Shown in pieces: positions 29,632 to 39,078 of a stretch of 64,000 bases of DNA (position 1 is the stretch's first letter; every line of letters starts with the position of its first letter). The translations under genes were made by a program, and so were the position numbers. The notes under the pieces were generated by a model. That model was not told the origin of the DNA. It made no database searches and saw nothing but the letters and a program-made list of their open reading frames with translations. The stretch is from Minisyncoccota bacterium (GTDB lineage: Bacteria; Patescibacteriota; Minisyncoccia; Phycocordibacterales; CAIZLB01). Location of the stretch: contig JAIPIA010000003.1 in assembly GCA_021734945.1 (NCBI GenBank), positions 156,895-220,894 of the forward strand, given 5' to 3'.

Positions 29632-30024
29632 TTACAACTCCATCTGTGGAGCAAGAGTATAAGTTTCCATTAAAATTGACCTCGGAGTAACAACTACACC
29701 GTTACCCAAATGACGAGTGCAGTGAATTATTGTATCGTCTGAATATACAATTCCAACGTGACTCCATAGTCGAGGTGAGTTTTTTGCTTTCCTTTTAAAG
29801 AAAACACTGTGCCCGATTGGCATAGTCAAGAACTCCTTTTCAGACAAATGAAATTCTCTTGGAGGAAAACTATATCTTTCTATTACAGGGAGTAATATAT
29901 TTAGCTGAGCATACACTTCTATTACAAAATGCACGCAATTGAACGAGCTCCAGTCAAATTTTCTGTCAATATATTTCTCCGAAATACCAACAATACTGTC
30001 TGATAATTTTTTAGATAACAACAT
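29632..30024 (-). CDS. NlpC/P60-like cysteine hydrolase
   Basis: FNCVHFV..VY catalytic Cys, HVGI and IHC motifs. Confidence 0.7.
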   Translation of the reverse strand: MLLSKKLSDSIVGISEKYIDRKFDWSSFNCVHFVIEVYAQLNILLPVIERYSFPPREFHLSEKEFLTMPIGHSVFFKRKAKNSPRLWSHVGIVYSDDTIIHCTRHLGNGVVVTPRSILMETYTLAPQMEL

Positions 30025-30254
30025 AAGAACTTCCTTTCTATGTATAGGGTTGATTTTAAATTATTTGATTGCACTTCAATTTTACAATCTTTAAAATATT
30101 GAGATATCTACGCAGAGGCGCATTATATAAAACTAGACCAAGTTGTAATTCGTTTGTTTTGAATCATATCGAAGACAGGATACCCTATCTGAGCAATTTT
30201 GTATAATTGAGTTATTTGGGGGTCACTGTCCGTCTTTTGTTATACCGACCATTT

Positions 30255-30848
30255 CTAGCTAAAATACTTATCAGGAAAATCGGCAGTCTGTTCCATCATA
30301 AATGAGTGTTTAGATTCAAACGCCTTGCGGACTTCGGGAAGAACCACTTTTCTATTCCAGTCCTTTATAAGCTTGTTTCTGTTTGACTGAACAAGCTCTG
30401 GTACTGTCTTTCCGGGATTCTCCCAGAAATAAATCGAGTAGAAAGGTCCGACCAAGTGAGAAGCGGCATCAGAGGAAGAAGCTATTTTCACTTCAATTGG
30501 TGCGATATTTAAATCGACGGTCATCTTGCTTTCAAATATTTCGAGATACTCTAGAATCTTATTTATGAATTCGACAGGAAAGCCTATTTCCATCATGAGT
30601 TCCCTGCTCCTTTCGAGCATTTCGGCTTCATGTTCCCGCGACTTGTCCAAAATCTTGGCGTAGTCATGGATCCAAACCAACGCAAAGACAATATCCTTGT
30701 CTGCTTCTTTGTAAATGTCGCAAAGCTCCATCGCCAGCTTTTCAACGAAAAGAAGGTGAAAATCAACGAACCATGCGTGATGGATAAAATCTGGATTCTT
30801 GGATTTCTCGATCACTTTGGCTTTGAGGTTTTGTAGAAGCTTTTCCAT
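30255..30848 (-). CDS. HD-domain protein
   Basis: H...V, WIHDYAK, SSDAASH motifs; more GC-rich codon usage than neighbours. Confidence 0.7.
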   Translation of the reverse strand: MEKLLQNLKAKVIEKSKNPDFIHHAWFVDFHLLFVEKLAMELCDIYKEADKDIVFALVWIHDYAKILDKSREHEAEMLERSRELMMEIGFPVEFINKILEYLEIFESKMTVDLNIAPIEVKIASSSDAASHLVGPFYSIYFWENPGKTVPELVQSNRNKLIKDWNRKVVLPEVRKAFESKHSFMMEQTADFPDKYFS

Positions 30849-30871
30849 GTAGATAAATTATACCAGTTCCA

Positions 30872-31315
30872 TTATCTTAAATCTCTAAAATCAAAAAACT
30901 CCTTACCTTTTATCAGACCTTCCTCTATGAGATATTTATGAGGCGCAAATAAGTTACTTGGAAGATCATCCATATCGAACCAGTCCCAACCTTCGCACCT
31001 TTCTGGTTCCATAAGTTTCACTTCGCCATCAAATGCTTTGACTAAGAAATTAATGTGAATATAATGACTTCCATCGACAGCAGACAATATCGTATTCGCA
31101 ATATTTACAAAATCCATCGTTTTTGCGACAAGTCCAGTTTCTTCCTTCAATTCTCTAATTGCACCCTCGTTTGCTAATTCCGCATATTCTAAGTGGCCAC
31201 CTGGTACGCAATAAGTTCCCGCACCCACAGTACCTTTTCTTTTTCCAAGGAGAATCTTATTGTCCTTTAATACAAAAGTGTTTACTGCAACTTTAATTAT
31301 TTTCTTATTTTCCAT
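30872..31315 (-). CDS. NUDIX hydrolase (MutT/NUDT15-like)
   Basis: PGGHLEYAE....AIRELKEETGL Nudix box, EPERCEGWDWF. Confidence 0.9.
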   Translation of the reverse strand: MENKKIIKVAVNTFVLKDNKILLGKRKGTVGAGTYCVPGGHLEYAELANEGAIRELKEETGLVAKTMDFVNIANTILSAVDGSHYIHINFLVKAFDGEVKLMEPERCEGWDWFDMDDLPSNLFAPHKYLIEEGLIKGKEFFDFRDLR

Positions 31316-31406
31316 ATGCATGAATTATACCAGTTCGATTCTCGTTAGTCCCAAACAACAAAACCACCCTTTTTTTACGAGGGTGGTTTTGTATATGCGG
31401 AAATCT

Positions 31407-31481
31407 TGGGGCGACTAGAGAGAATCGGACTCTCGATACCGGTTCCACAAACCGGAGTTTTACCACTAAACTATAGTCGCC
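31407..31481 (-). tRNA. tRNA-His(GTG), G-1 and CCA encoded
   Basis: Cloverleaf; anticodon arm CCGGT-TTGTGGA-ACCGG; acceptor GCGACTA/TAGTCGC. Confidence 0.93.
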
Positions 31482-31653
31482 ATATTTAGGTATAGATCAG
31501 CATATTAAATGCCAAACCAACAACCATTTAGTCCACCCTTAAATACTTCCATAAGTATCTACGTAATAGCAGACGTGAACAAAGTTATATCAGATTTATA
31601 TGTATAAATCCAGCCTTCGTAGGAGAAAAGCATACACCTCGGAACCTCCTCAC

Positions 31654-32511
31654 TTACTTCAAATAAGATCGTGGTGCGAGATATGATTCCAATTCATTCA
31701 TTGGTACAGAAATCTTAATTTCACCAAACACATATGGTGCAACTTGATATTGGCCAAAAACCCATTCTATTCGATCCTCGTGAACATAAAAAACTCCATA
31801 ATTCTCTAATTTAGGGTCAGCACCTGATGGTTCAAAAATCTTCGAGACATCTGGACTAGTTCCATCTGTAGTCTTAGACATCTTTTTCAGTTGTTCCATA
31901 ATCTTAGGCTTTACTAAGTTTGAGATACCAGTGAGAGATGTTTTAAAATCCTTGTCTGTGGCTACTGCGCTTGTGTCACTAGACCCCTCGCCACTTTCTC
32001 TTTTAAGAATATCTTCTAATCGAATAAGCTGTCCTGTTTCTTTTACAAAATTGTATACAGATCTCTGTGAAAGTGGGTGTGCTGAGCCTGAAATATATGA
32101 ATTAATCTCAGTGTCTACATAAAAGACTTTTTTACTTGCTGACAATGGAGTTCCCCCATTCACCGTAAGCTGATGTTTCATATCTTTTGAGAAAATATCT
32201 ACACCAGCAGTATCTGCTATAAATAATTTCTTTATGTCGCCAAAAGCAGTATCTAACTGTGAATTAACGATATTGTTAATTAAATTGGATGGAAGCCCGG
32301 TAACAACAGGCTGTGTTATGTGAATTGAAGTTGTATCCGTCTCTACATCATCTTTTTTAAAACTGTATCCAACGGTCTCATACCCATTTGTTACTGGTTC
32401 AACATTTGAGATAATTGGGGCCTCTACTTTCCCAGATCGAGTAATTAAAAAAATTATTACGGCGCAGAGGATAACTATTATGAGACCCAGCACTTTTGTT
32501 TTATTTTTCAT
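31654..32511 (-). CDS. RsiV/DUF3298-DUF4163 family protein
   Basis: N-terminal TM, Y.SGSAHP, F..YQVAPY..G...ISVP. Confidence 0.8.
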   Translation of the reverse strand: MKNKTKVLGLIIVILCAVIIFLITRSGKVEAPIISNVEPVTNGYETVGYSFKKDDVETDTTSIHITQPVVTGLPSNLINNIVNSQLDTAFGDIKKLFIADTAGVDIFSKDMKHQLTVNGGTPLSASKKVFYVDTEINSYISGSAHPLSQRSVYNFVKETGQLIRLEDILKRESGEGSSDTSAVATDKDFKTSLTGISNLVKPKIMEQLKKMSKTTDGTSPDVSKIFEPSGADPKLENYGVFYVHEDRIEWVFGQYQVAPYVFGEIKISVPMNELESYLAPRSYLK

Positions 32512-32638
32512 ATGATTTATTTTGATTTGGCAGACTATAATTAGTGTTTAACTAAGAACGTAGACGTACCACGCAGACTTATATGACTATTATACTCTTA
32601 TAAAAATTAAATGGAGAACTTGGTCACAGGTTATTCAT

Positions 32639-32730
32639 GTGGTCACAGGTTTCCTCACTGCAGTTCGGAACCCACTACCCCGACTCGCGTGTCTCGTCTA
32701 TTAACTCGACATCGCTCCGTCTCGCCCATG
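32639..32730 (-). repeat. tRNA-downstream structured repeat, copy A (behind tRNA-Leu)
   Basis: 47/54 identity by eye to 50398-50451 and the same terminal GTGACCAC. Confidence 0.85.
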
Positions 32731-32770
32731 CACAAAAAAAGACCAGAGCAGTCCGGTCTTTTTTGTCATG

Positions 32771-32854
32771 TGCGCGGGAGAGGACTTGAACCTCCATGCC
32801 CTTGCGGGCGCTACCACCTCAAGGTAGTACGTCTACCAGTTTCGCCACCCGCGC
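32771..32854 (-). tRNA. tRNA-Leu(GAG)
   Basis: Anticodon arm CTACC-TTGAGGT-GGTAG, long variable arm, acceptor GCGCGGG/CCCGCGC. Confidence 0.95.
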
Positions 32855-33027
32855 ATTCACTTAGAAACCGAAGTTTCTTAGTGGGGCTATCATACCCAAA
32901 AAACTGATAAGTTTCAACCTTTTAGTCAATTTTAAAAAGTTTTCTATTTTAGATACTGTAGGCAAAAAGAAAACTCCCTTTCGGGAGCTCCTTTTGACAT
33001 ATCATGTCGAGATTTTGTTTAGCTAGA

Positions 33028-33480
33028 TTATTCTGCTTTTGCTTCTTCTGCTGGAGTTTCTTCTACTTCTTCTTTTACTCCTTTTGAAGAGTCAGTTCGC
33101 ATCATTTCCATTTTCATACGTTTACTGATTTCTTTTGCTGCTTTGTCTCGGATGTAGTAAAGCTTAGCTCGTCGAACCTTAGCTCGTCGTACAACTTCAA
33201 CTTTGTCAATAAGTGGTGAGAATAGAGGGAAAATTCTTTCTACTCCGTATCCGAGAGAGTTTTTTCGTACTGTAAATGTAGCACCTTTTTCAGTACCGTG
33301 GTTTCGAGTAAGAATCATACCTTCGAAGATCTGAATTCGAGTTTTTCCTTTTTCTTGGATTTTCAAGTGAACCTTTACAGTATCACCAACTCGCATATCA
33401 AAATCCTTAATAGACTTATTAGCAGTCTTTACGAGTTTAATTTCCTTTGTCTTTTTTGTGGCTGTTTTAGCTGCTGTCAT
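33028..33480 (-). CDS. rplS: 50S ribosomal protein L19
   Basis: [38 protein letters not shown]. Confidence 0.97.
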   Translation of the reverse strand: MTAAKTATKKTKEIKLVKTANKSIKDFDMRVGDTVKVHLKIQEKGKTRIQIFEGMILTRNHGTEKGATFTVRKNSLGYGVERIFPLFSPLIDKVEVVRRAKVRRAKLYYIRDKAAKEISKRMKMEMMRTDSSKGVKEEVEETPAEEAKAE

Positions 33481-33566
33481 GGGACATCAATATAGCAGAC
33501 CTCATATAAATAGTAAAGTACCCCGTCGCCTACAAAATTGCTTCAAACTTAACCTCCAACTAATCT

Positions 33567-34559
33567 TTAGAAATTTTTGAGGGCTTTTTTAAAATCTTCG
33601 GGGAGAGGCGCTTCCACTGTAACTCTCTTACCATTCAAACTTGTGAATGAAATAGTTCTAGAATGTAGCGCTAGACGCTTAAAACCGAGCATTTGGGGGT
33701 GGTTTGGGGCATACAGAGCATCTCCTACCACAGGGTGGTTAATAGCCTTAAAATGAACACGTATCTGATGTGTACGACCAGTTTTTGGATAAGCTTCTAC
33801 AAAAGAGAAGTTTAATGGGATTTTAGAGTTTTTAGATTCCTTTGAACTTAATTTTACACTTTCTTCAGCTCCCCATGAGTCTTCACCTTCCCCAATAGTC
33901 TTTCTACTCAGTACTTTGTAATCCGTTACAGCAGGACGAAGATCTCCACGAGCAAATCGCTCAGCTGACCATTTTCTAAAATCAGTTTTACTTCTACCAA
34001 TTGGACGATCTATTGTCCCCTCATCTTCTTTTACAAGCCCCCATACAAATGTATTGTATGTTTTTTGGACATCTCTAGTTTGGAATGAATTCTTAAGAAA
34101 TTCGAACGACTCCTGAGTTTTTGCAATAACAAGCACGCCTGATGTCTCTCTATCAAGTCGATGAACAATACCAGGACGATCAAGCAGAGTACCGTCTGGT
34201 GCCTTTGAAGGCTCGCCTACTCCCACTATTTTCGGATACTTCTGAGTAATCCAGTCACAAAGCGTCGGTTCTACAGTCTTCCCATCCGGGTGTACAACGA
34301 GCCCTGCTGGTTTATTTATTATTAGAAAATATTTATCTTCTTGTAAAATTTGAGGAACGAGTTCTTTAGGGAATTTTGGAGTTGATACCTTTGTGATTTT
34401 TAAGGATTTCGGAGATTTTGGTTTCACTTTTGGAGAAACATTAACAATCTCCTTACTAAGAGTTTTCTTCTTAAAACTATCTTTAAGCTCTTTTTTCAAC
34501 TCTGCTCGAGTTTTACGCTCAGGTAGATTTTGTTTTGGAAATGAAGTTGACGGATTCAT
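33567..34559 (-). CDS. RluA/RluD family pseudouridine synthase
   Basis: NKPAGLVVHP, GIVHRLDRETSG, TGRTHQIRVH, PVVGD.LY; Lys-rich N-terminus instead of an S4 domain. Confidence 0.93.
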   Translation of the reverse strand: MNPSTSFPKQNLPERKTRAELKKELKDSFKKKTLSKEIVNVSPKVKPKSPKSLKITKVSTPKFPKELVPQILQEDKYFLIINKPAGLVVHPDGKTVEPTLCDWITQKYPKIVGVGEPSKAPDGTLLDRPGIVHRLDRETSGVLVIAKTQESFEFLKNSFQTRDVQKTYNTFVWGLVKEDEGTIDRPIGRSKTDFRKWSAERFARGDLRPAVTDYKVLSRKTIGEGEDSWGAEESVKLSSKESKNSKIPLNFSFVEAYPKTGRTHQIRVHFKAINHPVVGDALYAPNHPQMLGFKRLALHSRTISFTSLNGKRVTVEAPLPEDFKKALKNF

Positions 34560-34611
34560 AATTTTGTTTCAATGTACCACAAGGGTGCAAAAAGGGCAAA
34601 GAATATGGTTT

Positions 34612-35286
34612 TTAAAAGATTCCAGCAATAAGTAATTTAAGTATTTTATTAGTCCACCCCTTAATTCTTAGAAACAATCTCGTGTCACACACATAAATAT
34701 CGAATGTACCAAATGGTAAATTATTTTTTAACCCCTTACTCGAGGTACTTGGTTTTACATAAGTTTTAAAAAAATTAGTTTTGGCAATACCTGTCACATT
34801 TGACCAGTATTTTTCAGCTTCGAAAACTTGAACCTGAGAATGAGTATGTATATGGCCTTTAAATTTACCTTTTGGAACGTCACATACGTCTTGTAAAAAT
34901 TTCATCATCAATTTGATTACCTGAGGATTACTATTTGAGAATCGAACAAGACCTCGTTGAGTCTTTCCCCCTTCAGCAAGATAAAGCATTACACCAGCAA
35001 CTCTTAAATCTTTCTTATCCAAATTTTGAATTTCTTTTTCTGCTGCGTCTATTATATTTTGTCTTTTCAAATCCTCATTCTTTAATCTTGATTGCCTCCG
35101 CCTTTCAATAACCTCAAAATCAGTATTTTTTAACTTTAAAGTATATTTTTGATCTTTATTCAAAACAACACTCCTTACCCAAAGACTCACACTTGCCTTA
35201 GAAACACCTAATATATTGGCTATTTCAAGTATAGACATACCTTCCTCTCTATATTTAATAGCTTGTTGCTTTTCTTTATATTTCAT
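34612..35286 (-). CDS. HTH plus LAGLIDADG-like domain protein next to tRNA-Val
   Basis: N-terminal HTH (GMSILEIANILGVSKASVSLWV), then GVMLYLAEGGK helix and F.NSNP..IKLMM.FL. Confidence 0.6.
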   Translation of the reverse strand: MKYKEKQQAIKYREEGMSILEIANILGVSKASVSLWVRSVVLNKDQKYTLKLKNTDFEVIERRRQSRLKNEDLKRQNIIDAAEKEIQNLDKKDLRVAGVMLYLAEGGKTQRGLVRFSNSNPQVIKLMMKFLQDVCDVPKGKFKGHIHTHSQVQVFEAEKYWSNVTGIAKTNFFKTYVKPSTSSKGLKNNLPFGTFDIYVCDTRLFLRIKGWTNKILKLLIAGIF

Positions 35287-35365
35287 AAATTAGTACCCAG
35301 TAAGTATAACTTAGATGTTCATATATTTGAAATATATTAAGAAATAGTTTATAGTCTTAGTCATC

Positions 35366-35441
35366 GGGGGATTAGCTCAGTTGGTAGAGCAACACATTTA
35401 CACTGTGAAGGTCATAGGTTCGAGTCCTATATCCCCCACCA
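35366..35441 (+). tRNA. tRNA-Val(TAC), CCA encoded
   Basis: Anticodon loop TTTACAC, acceptor GGGGGAT/ATCCCCC, TTCGAG T-loop. Confidence 0.95.
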
Positions 35442-35523
35442 AATTAAAGTACCCAGTCCGAAAGGATTTGGGTATTTTAATTTTCTGTTTGGATATAGAA
35501 CGAGATGGAATAACGTTAAAATA

Positions 35524-36762
35524 CTACTTATTCAAAGCAGCTCTTGTGGCTGGGCCTACGATTCCTAGTTTTGAAATTTTATGCAGGGCTTGATATTTTA
35601 TAACAGCAGCCTTAGTCAGAGGACCAAAACTTCCATTTGTTGGGCCACTATATACACCTTCCGTTTTCAACTTTTTTTGTAATTCAATTACTTCAGCTCC
35701 CTTTGAGCCAAAAGACAATGCTTTCTTGAATACATAATTACCTGCACTACTAGTTTGAGGTTTTGTCGAAACTGTCGAACTAGGTTCAGATGGAGTGACT
35801 GTAGGTACTACAGCAGATGAATTTGTTCTAGCTACCACATCTACAACCAGCTGAGTCTTTGCAACATTTACATCTTCCACTGCAGTAATAGTTATAGTAT
35901 GTCTGCCAATATCTTGAGATTGGGGTTTCCATCCAAAGCTATTTACGTTAATAGCAACGGAATCCAAAGTGCTATTTCCAAAACTATCGCTTAGTGAATA
36001 TGTAGGATAATTAAAACCATACAGGTTTGTAGCAAAATTAAATGCTGTATCAGTGTATGCTGTAGAAATTGAGCCTGCGTATATGTCTCTCATCGAAATA
36101 CCATTTACTACTATTGTTTGATACACAGTGTCTTGTCTACCATTCGATGCAGAAACTCGAATTGAAATATTATGTATTCCCACATCGCTTTCTTTTGGAG
36201 TCCAATTCACATTTCCAAATGAGTCTATATTTCTACTTGAAATCGTGGTTGCACCATTCCCACCAACAAACGAATCAAAGAGACTAAACGTTGGGTTTAT
36301 ATATCCTGGTGCAGAAACACCAAATGAAACACCTTTATTTGGAAAGACACTTGAACCTGGAGACAATGAAACAATTTTTACAGGAGAAGCCTCTGTAATA
36401 GTAAGGGTCTGATAGTACGTGTTTCTACTTCCTAAGGGATCTGTAGTTGTAATAGTTAAACTATGCACGCCTATATCAGTCTCAATTGGTGTCCAAGAAA
36501 AAACACCTGCTGTATTTATACTTGAATTTGAAATTGTACTTCCAGAAAGTGAATCACTTATTGTATAGTTCAATCGTACATAATCATCTGTCTTCACTGT
36601 AAAAGAAACACCTGTTCCAACAGCTACTGTTGTGTTTGGACTCACAGTACTTATAGTTACAGTACGGGCTTCTACCTGAGATAGAGGTAAAACTGTACAT
36701 ACAAACAAGACAACTGACGCTAATAATGTCTTTGATTTTTTGAATGAGATTTGTTTTATCAT
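35524..36762 (-). CDS. Secreted protein with three Ig-like repeats and a C-terminal peptidoglycan-binding domain
   Basis: Three W.P..[TSQ]D[IV]G.H repeats; C-terminal L..GS.G.EV.ELQK.L...G...G.FGPLTKAAV..YQ. Confidence 0.8.
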   Translation of the reverse strand: MIKQISFKKSKTLLASVVLFVCTVLPLSQVEARTVTISTVSPNTTVAVGTGVSFTVKTDDYVRLNYTISDSLSGSTISNSSINTAGVFSWTPIETDIGVHSLTITTTDPLGSRNTYYQTLTITEASPVKIVSLSPGSSVFPNKGVSFGVSAPGYINPTFSLFDSFVGGNGATTISSRNIDSFGNVNWTPKESDVGIHNISIRVSASNGRQDTVYQTIVVNGISMRDIYAGSISTAYTDTAFNFATNLYGFNYPTYSLSDSFGNSTLDSVAINVNSFGWKPQSQDIGRHTITITAVEDVNVAKTQLVVDVVARTNSSAVVPTVTPSEPSSTVSTKPQTSSAGNYVFKKALSFGSKGAEVIELQKKLKTEGVYSGPTNGSFGPLTKAAVIKYQALHKISKLGIVGPATRAALNK

Positions 36763-36815
36763 AACTTTATATATTATACACAAAACAACTACCTTGGTTT
36801 ATTTATTTAGGATAA

Positions 36816-37292
36816 TTAAACTTCAAACTTCTCAAGTATATCTTTACACTTTCCAACTATAACCATTGCGTACTCATCCTTCTCGATTCCAATTTTCTCA
36901 TACCAAGACATAGGAAATTCTTTTCCAGCAAAGGTTATCCCTTCAAAAGTTTCTGCATTATATTTATGCAAAGCTCTCTCAATTACTTTTTTAAACAAAT
37001 CCTTACCTATTCCTCTGCTCTGAGACGAAGGATCAACAAAAAGCATTCCATCATTACATCGAATATCTGTCCGCCAAGGTTTTATATTTACTACCATGCC
37101 ACCGAGTGGTGTACCATCTTCACCAATCGCCACATAAAACAAATCTGGCTGTTTTTTGATCCAATATTTCAAATTTTCGTAAGAATGACCTTCATCCCAG
37201 GGTTTTTCTGGGTCAGCTTGAGTAAATGATTTAGACAAAGCTTTTGATAAAGAAGGCAAATCTTTTTCCTCAATCAATCTAAGTGTATACAT
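36816..37292 (-). CDS. GNAT family acetyltransferase
   Basis: LFVDPSSQSRGIGKDL acetyl-CoA motif, WYEKIG. Confidence 0.85.
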   Translation of the reverse strand: MYTLRLIEEKDLPSLSKALSKSFTQADPEKPWDEGHSYENLKYWIKKQPDLFYVAIGEDGTPLGGMVVNIKPWRTDIRCNDGMLFVDPSSQSRGIGKDLFKKVIERALHKYNAETFEGITFAGKEFPMSWYEKIGIEKDEYAMVIVGKCKDILEKFEV

Positions 37293-37332
37293 AATTTGCA
37301 GTAAATAATACCACACTCCATCAAAATTCTTT

Positions 37333-37407
37333 TGGTGCCCTCGGTAGGAATCGAACCTACAATAACGGCTTAGAAGTCCGCAGTTATATCCATTTAACTA
37401 CAAGGGC
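37333..37407 (-). tRNA. tRNA-Arg(TCT), CCA encoded
   Basis: Anticodon loop CTTCTAA, acceptor GCCCTTG/CGAGGGC. Confidence 0.93.
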
Positions 37408-37492
37408 ATAATGTATTACGACCAACTTCGTTAGCATAGCTTAAAATCACCTAAAAACGCAAGAAAATAACAAAAACCTACTTTAATCCATA

Positions 37493-37819
37493 TTACCTTG
37501 AAGGGTCACCTAGCTCTAAAACAGAGGAATCTCTCACACCACTCACTACGGCGTCATTCTCCATTTTCTTTGCTTCAAATTTCATAATTAAATTTCGAAG
37601 CTCATCTTCTCTTTCTCCAGCTACACTATTTAAAGAACTGCCTCTTAAAGATTCAGAATCAGCAATTTCTTGCTTCGTCCGTATGTAGAAAAAAACACTC
37701 CAAGTGAAAGAAATTAGTATTAGACTTACAAAACTCAAAAACATCCTTCTCCAGTCTTTATCTGGGTCCGTTGTAAATATTGACAGTTTTTCCAAAATTT
37801 CCTTGAGCTTATTTTTCAT
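37493..37819 (-). CDS. Small TM protein at the end of the pilMNO cluster
   Basis: P..DW plus TM; C-terminal DPS; co-oriented with pil genes. Confidence 0.6.
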   Translation of the reverse strand: MKNKLKEILEKLSIFTTDPDKDWRRMFLSFVSLILISFTWSVFFYIRTKQEIADSESLRGSSLNSVAGEREDELRNLIMKFEAKKMENDAVVSGVRDSSVLELGDPSR

Positions 37820-37897
37820 ACGATTTTACTTATTCTATTATATATCAGATTATCCACATTCATTCTTTCAATACATATTACCTACTAAAAACTATCC

Positions 37898-38500
37898 TTA
37901 TTTCTTTTCCTTAATTTTTACAACCGAAAAGATTATAGAAAGTTTCCACGATATTTCTGTAGGTACAGCTTTTAAACTCGCTTTACCTGATGAGTCTACT
38001 GTAGACGTTTCAGTATTTTCAACCGCTACCCCAGAAGACATCTCTACTTTGTCTACACGCACAGCATAAGGTAGAGATTCAATATATGTTAAGAATTTTA
38101 GGATGTTTTTCCAACCTCCTGACAGAGACATACTGATCTTAAGAATTTGCTTCCCTTGAGAAGACAGTTCTTCATATTCCACATTTTCAATTGAATTTGT
38201 ATTATATTTTAATGAAAAATCAGCAGCTGCAGATTCTACAGAGGAAATAAAATCTATTGAACCATCAGGCTTAATAAAATGCTCCATGATTTTAACAGCA
38301 TCACCAGAAGTCTTTTCAGCTGACTTATTTACATTTTGGATATGATTTATCTTTATCTGTTTACTTTCAATTTCGCCTTTTAGGTCTGCTGATTTTTGAG
38401 ACAAGCTACTTACATATGTAACAACATAGTAAAAACACCCTACTACACATAAAGTGATAATACTTATCAGAATGAGAGATGTATTAGTTTTGTTTTTCAT
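37898..38500 (-). CDS. Type IV pilus assembly protein PilO-like
   Basis: TM, coiled coil, G.W..ILKFL..IESLP motif; downstream of pilM/pilN. Confidence 0.7.
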   Translation of the reverse strand: MKNKTNTSLILISIITLCVVGCFYYVVTYVSSLSQKSADLKGEIESKQIKINHIQNVNKSAEKTSGDAVKIMEHFIKPDGSIDFISSVESAAADFSLKYNTNSIENVEYEELSSQGKQILKISMSLSGGWKNILKFLTYIESLPYAVRVDKVEMSSGVAVENTETSTVDSSGKASLKAVPTEISWKLSIIFSVVKIKEKK

Positions 38501-39077
38501 TTTTTGTTGATGAAGAATTTATAACTGTATCAATAGTTGAAGTGCTCACAATAATCTTCAGAGAAAAGTTGATATTTTTTTCTTTTGCAAAATCGCTCAG
38601 CGGAATAATGACATCATCAAAAGCAGAATTATCATTTAATCCTTGTTTAAATTGGACAAGACTTTTTCGAACATCTGCTGTGCCAGACAAATCCACAGTC
38701 ATTGCAGCATCCTCTCCAGGAGTAAATATGAAATTTCGAATCTTTATACCGTTCGGTTTTGCACTAACAATACCATTCAAGATAGCGCTCGGATTCTTTG
38801 AGTCTTCAAAAATTTTCAACGCCTCAATAGATAATGTTACATTTTTAATATTTTCAGACGAACCACTCTCTTCTTTTACCGCAAGTTCATAGTCGAGAGC
38901 CTTACTCTTCTCTAGAACAACCGCATATTTACCATAAGAAATAAAGAAAGTTGGAAGTATAAAAACAGAACCTATTATACAAACACAAAGCACACCAAAA
39001 AGAAAAGTAATAACTACTCTCTTTCGATATTCCACAACCACCTTTTTCCTTTGTTCGTCTGTTAGTAAATGTAACAT
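38484..39077 (-). CDS. Type IV pilus assembly protein PilN-like
   Basis: M..LL start, TM, P.GI.I, SG.A..R..L..F...L motif. Confidence 0.7.
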   Translation of the reverse strand: MLHLLTDEQRKKVVVEYRKRVVITFLFGVLCVCIIGSVFILPTFFISYGKYAVVLEKSKALDYELAVKEESGSSENIKNVTLSIEALKIFEDSKNPSAILNGIVSAKPNGIKIRNFIFTPGEDAAMTVDLSGTADVRKSLVQFKQGLNDNSAFDDVIIPLSDFAKEKNINFSLKIIVSTSTIDTVINSSSTKNEKQN

Positions 39078-39078
39078 A

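Noticed and set aside
32611-32907. 98-aa plus-strand ORF
   Set aside because: Antisense to tRNA-Leu and repeat copy A; open because of high GC
35381-35593. 70-aa ORF starting inside tRNA-Val
   Set aside because: Overlaps the tRNA and the convergent gene end
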